From: an uncultured virus (IMG/VR IMGVR_UViG_3300025617_001525)
Lineage: Duplodnaviria > Heunggongvirae > Uroviricota > Caudoviricetes
Virus record (IMG/VR): IMGVR_UViG_3300025617_001525
Length of the DNA: 20,000 bases
Direction: 5' to 3' (one strand)
Position 1 is the first letter of the stretch. Every line of letters starts with the position of its first letter. The notes beneath the pieces were generated by a model. That model had not been told where the DNA came from and did not search any database. It saw only the letters and a program-made list of their open reading frames with translations. Positions 14,855-20,000 of the stretch are shown piece by piece. The translations under genes and the position numbers were made by a program.

Positions 14855-15466
14855 TTATAACAAAAACCTCAATATTTTATCTTTTACTCCGCTTTGCTTG
14901 ATTCCTTCCCAATCTCGTGGTGTCCAAACAAAGTTTTCTAGTCCCCAATCCTCCCGGTCAAATGGACCGTAGCTACTTGCTTCAACATGGATTCCCATAT
15001 GTAAGTCGTCAATTGCGACCCAATGAGTAACTTCAGGATGGTCTCTTAACCATCTCTTAATTTCAAAGTGTCTTTGCTGCTCAAGGTCTTCGTGTCTATT
15101 CCAAGGGAACTCACCATGGTCTTTGATAAAACCATCAACTAACCAATCCTTAAAATGAAACTTTTCGGTAACATCAATCGGTCGCTTAATAATACCCTGA
15201 GACTCGTAGTAATCACCAAGCTCTTCCAGGTTTGCATGAAATCTCCAATCTGATGATACTACTATCTCCGCTCCTGTTTCATCTAAGATTTTATTTAATA
15301 CATTAACTGACTTTTGGTCAAAGTTATCAAAACGATATTCAAGCGGGATTTCTCTTCCACGCATGGATAATTTCATTCCACCCCACTTCTTTTGTTTCTT
15401 GTGGCGTGAACCCCAATTATTTGCTAAACAAATAACCCCATCATTATCTAAGAATATTACTTTCAC
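14855..15466 (-). CDS. HAD-superfamily protein (Swiss Army Knife RNA-repair-type HAD domain)
   Basis: KVIFLDNDGV (DxD), IVVSSDWR, R..EI..WL and WVAIDD. Confidence 0.85.
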   Translation of the reverse strand: MKVIFLDNDGVICLANNWGSRHKKQKKWGGMKLSMRGREIPLEYRFDNFDQKSVNVLNKILDETGAEIVVSSDWRFHANLEELGDYYESQGIIKRPIDVTEKFHFKDWLVDGFIKDHGEFPWNRHEDLEQQRHFEIKRWLRDHPEVTHWVAIDDLHMGIHVEASSYGPFDREDWGLENFVWTPRDWEGIKQSGVKDKILRFLL

Positions 15467-15897
15467 TATATTTCAAAAGTATCTCCCTGCAAATCCTGTC
15501 CCTCTTTGGGATCAATTTGCTCACTAAGATAATCACAGAAGTAATTACTACAGGTCTTTGGCCTTATGTCGTGAACAGTACAAAATTTGAGTGCTGTGTT
15601 GTAGAAAATACAAGGGAGCTTTGGGTGATGAAAGTTTACCCTTAGAGCTGGATAATTTTCGGGGTTTTGCCAAGTACTTTTGTCTGGGAAAATTTGGCTA
15701 CCTGCTTCAAAATCTATAAAAATATCCTCATATCTAATGCTTCTGCCAAGATGACTTTGGAGTCTTTCAATGAATTCATCAGTATCTGTTATTTTTCCAA
15801 TGATATAATCTCTATCTTCAATAGAACAACAGCTTCCGTCATATCCATCTATCCCGAAGCATTTATTAGAACAGATATCACAAATTGAACTACCCAT
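15466..15897 (-). CDS. YkgJ-like cysteine-cluster (Zn/Fe-S-chelating) protein
   Basis: C..C...C........SCC followed by PCIFY......C.VH..RP..C..YFC. Confidence 0.8.
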   Translation of the reverse strand: MGSSICDICSNKCFGIDGYDGSCCSIEDRDYIIGKITDTDEFIERLQSHLGRSIRYEDIFIDFEAGSQIFPDKSTWQNPENYPALRVNFHHPKLPCIFYNTALKFCTVHDIRPKTCSNYFCDYLSEQIDPKEGQDLQGDTFEI

Positions 15898-16265
15898 TAT
15901 AATTTTAATTCTCCCAGGTTGACCCTACTGTCCAACATCTTGTGTAGCAAGAATTCACCGCTGGGATTAACTTTCAACACAGCGTTTTCTATGTTTGGGT
16001 TTTTCTCGTTACCAAATCTACCATCCATTTCAAAAAGAACATATACGTCTTCACCTATTGAGCACGACAACTCTTTAATGCTATCTATAGATTCAGTAAC
16101 GTCTAAGTCACCAAACCATATTTTTTTCCCACCAGCAAAAAGATTTGCGTTGAATATAACAATATGATCTGGGAATGCTCTAGCGTAAGAGCTTTTGCTT
16201 GCTGAGATCATTTTCCCGGGATATCCAAGAATATCTTGGGCTACTTCAGAATATAAATTTTCCAT
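15897..16265 (-). CDS. Hypothetical protein
   Basis: 122 aa. Its stop overlaps the next start (TAATG). Confidence 0.7.
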   Translation of the reverse strand: MENLYSEVAQDILGYPGKMISASKSSYARAFPDHIVIFNANLFAGGKKIWFGDLDVTESIDSIKELSCSIGEDVYVLFEMDGRFGNEKNPNIENAVLKVNPSGEFLLHKMLDSRVNLGELKL

Positions 16266-16298
16266 TGGTATTTTTTTATTTTATAGCATACCTAGATT

Positions 16299-17390
16299 TT
16301 AGTTTCCACTATGAATGCTAGAAATGAAATCCGAATCCACTGATTTAAGAAATTCTACATAGAGATTAATGGCGCTTTGAACGTCTTTTTTGTGAGCCAT
16401 CTCAACGGTTGTATGCATATATTTTAAAGGAGTTGCTAATATAGCAGTTGGAATGTTTTCCAAGAAAAATGCCATAGTATCATTTCCATAAGACCCAACT
16501 GTAAGCTGTAGGGGGATGCCATTATCTTTAGCTACTTCTCTAAGCTTAGCATTGATCTTGCGGTGGTTCTGTGCAGTGTATTCAACACATGGCCCCTTCC
16601 CACCTTTGACGTCTCCATCTTTTGCTTTTTCTATTCTAGGTGTGTTTGTATTATGACAAACATCATGAACTAGAGCAAGATCAGCATTGAGCTTTTTTGC
16701 AACCATTTTTGCACCATACAAGCCAACCTCTTCTTGCACTGAATTAACAACTATCAGATTAAATGGGAGATCTATTTTATCTTCACGGATTCTTCTCGCA
16801 ACCTCAGCAATAATATATCCTCCTATTTTATTATCCAGTGATCTTCCTACCCAATAATCTCCAATCTCTCTAAGTTTATCGTTGAACGTCACGAGACACC
16901 CAACTTCTATTTCTGCGGATAATACATCATCCTTGTCTTTCATTCCAACGTCTATCCAAAGATCGTGTTGGTCTGGACCCTCCTCAACATAACTTTTCCT
17001 TGTGTGTATTGCTGGCCATCCAAAAACTCCGGGGATTTTTAAACCTGTATGTGTATGTATAATCACGTCCTTAGAAGGGGCTATCATATTGTCAGATCCT
17101 CCATGTCTCTTGACCCTGATATATCCCTCGTCCTCTATATGAGTTACTATCCAGGCAATTTCATCGCAGTGTGCTTCTATAACAATGTTGGGACTGTTGG
17201 GATTTCTAAGTTTTCCATCTCTTGAATATAATGTTGCAACAGCAGTTCCGTATGGATCCGTTGTAACCTCGTCTACATATTTCTTTATCTCCTGAACCCA
17301 TATTTTTTGTCCTTCAGACTCTTGTGCAACCGGTGCGTATGCATTTAAATATCTGTAGATAAATGGGATTTCTGCAAGTTTATCTTCCAT
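16299..17390 (-). CDS. M42 family (TET/FrvX-like) metallo-aminopeptidase
   Basis: EAHCDEI, GG.D, DLWIDVG, SLDNKIG, VQEEVGL.GA, HDV and P.KYMHT; metal ligands present. Confidence 0.92.
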   Translation of the reverse strand: MEDKLAEIPFIYRYLNAYAPVAQESEGQKIWVQEIKKYVDEVTTDPYGTAVATLYSRDGKLRNPNSPNIVIEAHCDEIAWIVTHIEDEGYIRVKRHGGSDNMIAPSKDVIIHTHTGLKIPGVFGWPAIHTRKSYVEEGPDQHDLWIDVGMKDKDDVLSAEIEVGCLVTFNDKLREIGDYWVGRSLDNKIGGYIIAEVARRIREDKIDLPFNLIVVNSVQEEVGLYGAKMVAKKLNADLALVHDVCHNTNTPRIEKAKDGDVKGGKGPCVEYTAQNHRKINAKLREVAKDNGIPLQLTVGSYGNDTMAFFLENIPTAILATPLKYMHTTVEMAHKKDVQSAINLYVEFLKSVDSDFISSIHSGN

Positions 17391-17404
17391 GTTTATTTTA
17401 ATTT

Positions 17405-18199
17405 CTATAATGTTTTGGTTTCTGTATCTGGCATTATACCGGAAAGGTATTCTTTTGGTCCAAGAATTATTTTTTCACAATTTTTCTGTGATGACATTTC
17501 ATCAATCCAACCATCCCAATATTCATCGAGGAGTTTTATAAAAGACTCTGGGTTACCGCGGAGCTTAAATCTATTAATATATTCTTCCTTAATAGATCTC
17601 TCAGGGTAAACGAGAACAAATGGTATCTCGTGATAATCCAAAGCATCTCTAAGTGTTTTGTGGGAAGATACTAGAATAAAATCAACTTCAGGATCCTCTA
17701 TTTTTTCCTTAATGTGCTGAATATAATTTTCCGGGAAGTTTTCCTTATCAAAATCAGAGCTATCTAGGTCAATTACATTAAGTCCGGAAATCTCGCTATA
17801 GGTAGATTTTCCAGTCCCCGGAAAAGCTGAATAAACTTTTATCTTAAACTCATTTTTGTTACCTTCGTCATCATAAAGTCCCATTTCTTGGTCCAACCTC
17901 ATCATTTCGGTAAGAGCTTTTTCCCTCAGATTCTTTTCTTCAATTTCTCCGTCTCTTGCTATTCTAACAGCATTCAAAAGGATTTCACGAAGATTGTTGA
18001 ATTCTATTTCGGTGTGTGGAGAGTTATAGCATTCAAATTCAATCCTATCGACAGAATTATCCCGAAGACCTACGACATGATAGTCATCCATCTTCTTTTG
18101 CAAATCTTCAAAAGCTATTTCCTCTATTTTTTTGGAATCAATGGATCCAAGAGGAAACCTAACTACCAATATTGGTTTTGTTATTTTCTTTTTTGACAT
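17405..18199 (-). CDS. Composite protein with an unknown N-terminal part and a C-terminal P-loop (NMP-kinase-like) domain
   Basis: Walker A SAFPGTGKST starts near residue 125, followed by DLDSSDF, FP.NYI.HIK, LVSSH and Y..R...RGN. Confidence 0.7.
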   Translation of the reverse strand: MSKKKITKPILVVRFPLGSIDSKKIEEIAFEDLQKKMDDYHVVGLRDNSVDRIEFECYNSPHTEIEFNNLREILLNAVRIARDGEIEEKNLREKALTEMMRLDQEMGLYDDEGNKNEFKIKVYSAFPGTGKSTYSEISGLNVIDLDSSDFDKENFPENYIQHIKEKIEDPEVDFILVSSHKTLRDALDYHEIPFVLVYPERSIKEEYINRFKLRGNPESFIKLLDEYWDGWIDEMSSQKNCEKIILGPKEYLSGIMPDTETKTL

Positions 18200-18209
18200 A
18201 TTTTAAGAT

Positions 18210-18374
18210 TTAGTCCATATCTTCTTTCGAAGGGTGGTTGTTTGGTCTTCCCATGAAGTCAGTTCTTTTACCCTCCCTTTCTTTGTCGTGTCCGCATTTA
18301 AAAAAAGAGGATATAACAGCTAAAACAGTAAAAGCACACATTATAAGTAAACCAAGTAGTTCAATTTCAATCAT
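18210..18374 (-). CDS. Small single-pass membrane protein (54 aa)
   Basis: Below the ORF-track cutoff. Manual translation: MIEIELLGLLIMCAFTVLAVISSFFKCGHDKEREGKRTDFMGRPNNHPSKEDMD*. Its start overlaps the HNH stop (ATGATTGA) and it fills the gap. Confidence 0.7.
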   Translation of the reverse strand: MIEIELLGLLIMCAFTVLAVISSFFKCGHDKEREGKRTDFMGRPNNHPSKEDMD

Positions 18375-18723
18375 TCTTAATTCTATTTCTTTTTAGTAAC
18401 TCCACTCTAGAGATTGCCTCTAGATTTTCTGGAGAATCATTATACTTATCACCATCTATATGATATATGACATATCCGTCGGGGATGGGACCAAAATTTT
18501 CTTCATAGACCAACTTAGGTCTTCTTTTTCTTTTACCCACTCCATCCCAATAATGGACGCAGTCGTTTTTTGGTTTTTGCACACCACCCTTCCAGCTAAC
18601 GTGGGATTCACCCCGGTGAGATTCACCCTCTTTAAAGGTAGTCTCCGGACTTGGACAAAATCCCTTCCTGCCCTTATTCCACGGTGTTTGTCCTTTCACA
18701 AATTGTCCTTTATTATTTCTCAT
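18367..18723 (-). CDS. HNH endonuclease with N-terminal NUMOD3-like DNA-binding repeats
   Basis: GQFVKGQTPWNKG, FKEG, WKGG, then VYE..FGPIP.GYVIYHIDGDKYNDSPENL. Confidence 0.82.
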   Translation of the reverse strand: MRNNKGQFVKGQTPWNKGRKGFCPSPETTFKEGESHRGESHVSWKGGVQKPKNDCVHYWDGVGKRKRRPKLVYEENFGPIPDGYVIYHIDGDKYNDSPENLEAISRVELLKRNRIKND

Positions 18724-18733
18724 ATTTTATTAG

Positions 18734-18805
18734 TAGCCCCGCCAGGAATCGAACCTGGATCAAAAGTTTAGGAAACTCCCATTCTATCCGTTGAACTACG
18801 GGGCC
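18734..18805 (-). tRNA. tRNA-Arg (anticodon CCU)
   Basis: GGCCCCG TA GTTC AACGGATA GAAT G GGAGT TTCCTAA ACTTT TGATC CAGG TTCGATT CCTGG CGGGGCT A folds as a cloverleaf with A20 and a TTCGA T-loop. It is followed by CTA, so CCA is not encoded. Confidence 0.93.
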
Positions 18806-18812
18806 TTTTTAT

Positions 18813-19625
18813 CTAAAAACTCTCTTTAACAATTTCTGGTATTTCAATTAAACCACTTGATTCAGCCAATGTCGATTTGAAATGATTTACAAGCTCTTCT
18901 TCCGAAAAAATCTTATTGTGTGGTGCAAATGCTGACTGCCATGGATTAATAGAAAGATTTTGGTATCCTTTTTTCTTTTTGTTGTGGAGATTTAAATCGA
19001 AATAGTGCAAATGTAAAAGATACAGACCATCTTCGTGATTTGGTTTTTCAGTTTCGTTTATTCTGTGTGGATTTCCTTCTTCATCCTCGAAATAAATATT
19101 ATCATATTTACATTCGTGAAATCCAGGGTTCCAACCCATAGGTACTTTGGAAATTAGAGTCTTATCATATCCCCGGTCTTTTAGCATATATTTTCTCTGC
19201 AATAGAATTGGTTTATTAAGATCTATAGGATCCTCCTCATCAATATTATGATAAACATTATATCCATGGGTCGTAAAAAATCTTTTCTCAGATCCACTAA
19301 TGGAAGCTAGAAAATCACCTAGAGTTCTTCCATCTTTGGGAACTATAAATTCATCAACATCCGTGTATATTACATATTCATACATTTCAATAAGTTCTTC
19401 GTGCAAAGAATTCACCCGATTTGCTATTGAAGCATAATCTAAAGAGTACTCAAGGTGTAGAGGAATTATGTTACACTCCAGATTTTCTGTACTACCGTCT
19501 ATAGAATCATTATCCAAAACATAAATATCCTTCATCGGGATGTGCTTTGAATAATATCCAATCCACAGTGGTAAAAAGTGAGATTCATTTTTGACACATG
19601 TTATAATAGCGAATTCTCCTTTCAC
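18813..19625 (-). CDS. Glycosyltransferase family 2-like protein
   Basis: TCVKNE..FLP.WI.YY, YVLDNDSIDGS, YTDVDEF, GFH and LLHLH motifs; GTG start. Confidence 0.85.
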   Translation of the reverse strand: MKGEFAIITCVKNESHFLPLWIGYYSKHIPMKDIYVLDNDSIDGSTENLECNIIPLHLEYSLDYASIANRVNSLHEELIEMYEYVIYTDVDEFIVPKDGRTLGDFLASISGSEKRFFTTHGYNVYHNIDEEDPIDLNKPILLQRKYMLKDRGYDKTLISKVPMGWNPGFHECKYDNIYFEDEEGNPHRINETEKPNHEDGLYLLHLHYFDLNLHNKKKKGYQNLSINPWQSAFAPHNKIFSEEELVNHFKSTLAESSGLIEIPEIVKESF

Positions 19626-19629
19626 GTGA

Positions 19630-20000
19630 TTAGATATAAGATTTTCTAAATAATTCTATAACATCTTTTGCGTCATCCACAGCATCGTGGGTTACAACAT
19701 TATCCAAGCCAGCTCTTTCTTTGCAGAGACTAAGACCTGGAAGCGAATCATCGTTTTTCCAATCTGTAAATAATACACTTGGATCTAAAACCCTTTGTCT
19801 AATTCTCACTAGTTGCTTCCATCTAGGAAGTCTAACTAAAAACTTCATATCAAAAGTAGCAAAGTTTTTCCCGGCTGCTGATATAGTAATCGGTCTTGTC
19901 TTATTAGTAATTGCTGGTAGCATTTTCCCATTTCTCCTCGTAACATAACCGCCAGACCCAGGATCGTTCAGTTCAATAAAATCATTCTCTGCTAACCAGT
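19630..20000 (-). CDS. DEDDh 3'-5' exonuclease, 5'-partial
   Basis: Frame is open to the window edge (WLAENDFIELNDPGSGGYVTRRNGKMLP...). ExoII-like GKNFATFD..FL and ExoIII HDA..DA. Confidence 0.8.
   Translation of the reverse strand, partial: WLAENDFIELNDPGSGGYVTRRNGKMLPAITNKTRPITISAAGKNFATFDMKFLVRLPRWKQLVRIRQRVLDPSVLFTDWKNDDSLPGLSLCKERAGLDNVVTHDAVDDAKDVIELFRKSYI

Noticed and set aside
14836..14857. AAAATC-N8-GATTTT inverted repeat after the HAD gene as a terminator
   Set aside because: The stem is short and AT-rich, with no separate U tract, so it is too weak to call.
19630..19923. 97-aa ORF starting at ATG 19923 as a complete gene
   Set aside because: The frame stays open to the window edge and the ExoI motif is missing, so the true start lies outside the window.
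1751..19948. All remaining plus-strand ORFs in the track (e.g. 3785..4213, 9747..10118, 14340..14762, 18460..18771)
   Set aside because: Each lies antisense to a minus-strand gene or the tRNA, is rich in F/S/I, and has no recognisable motif.
1..20000. Stop-codon reassignment, as seen in some large phages
   Set aside because: Recognisable genes are intact under code 11, and TAG, TGA and TAA each end genes followed closely by the next start.
1..20000. CRISPR array, IS element, intron or intein
   Set aside because: I saw no regularly spaced repeats, transposase, split gene or oversized conserved protein.
1..20000. Eukaryotic giant virus or ordinary bacterial chromosome as the source
   Set aside because: Overlapping polycistronic genes, intrinsic terminators and a bacterial-type tRNA argue against a eukaryotic virus. 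The scrambled single-strand mix of small unknowns and isolated metabolic genes argues against a normal chromosome. No hallmark virion gene is in the window, so phage origin remains an inference.

Overview
AT-rich, tightly packed window in which every credible gene lies on the minus strand, often abutting or overlapping. Upstream regions are A-rich and lack Shine-Dalgarno sequences, and all three standard stops are used. The gene mix best fits an accessory region of a large (jumbo/huge) tailed phage, probably of a Bacteroidota/Flavobacteria-like host (inference). It encodes host-type metabolic genes (glutamine synthetase II, methylglyoxal synthase, M42 aminopeptidase), nucleotide-sugar and glycan enzymes (GmhD-like epimerase, short UDP-sugar dehydrogenase, cupin, three glycosyltransferases, two FkbM-like domains), a NodU/CmcH carbamoyltransferase, a signal-peptide-bearing non-specific nuclease, NUDIX, HAD, HNH and exonuclease genes, tRNA-Arg(CCU) and an HTH-metallophosphoesterase that the ORF track missed. 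The most notable signals are: (1) a thymidylate-synthase-family enzyme with Asp at the dUMP/dCMP specificity position, next to glycosyltransferases and near a carbamoyltransferase, a candidate cytosine-hypermodification pathway; (2) three clustered small proteins sharing a UVR-like E-x-Y-E-x-C motif; (3) two recurrent promoter-like motif classes, some embedded in hairpins over start codons. All product calls come from motif recognition by eye; no database search was run.
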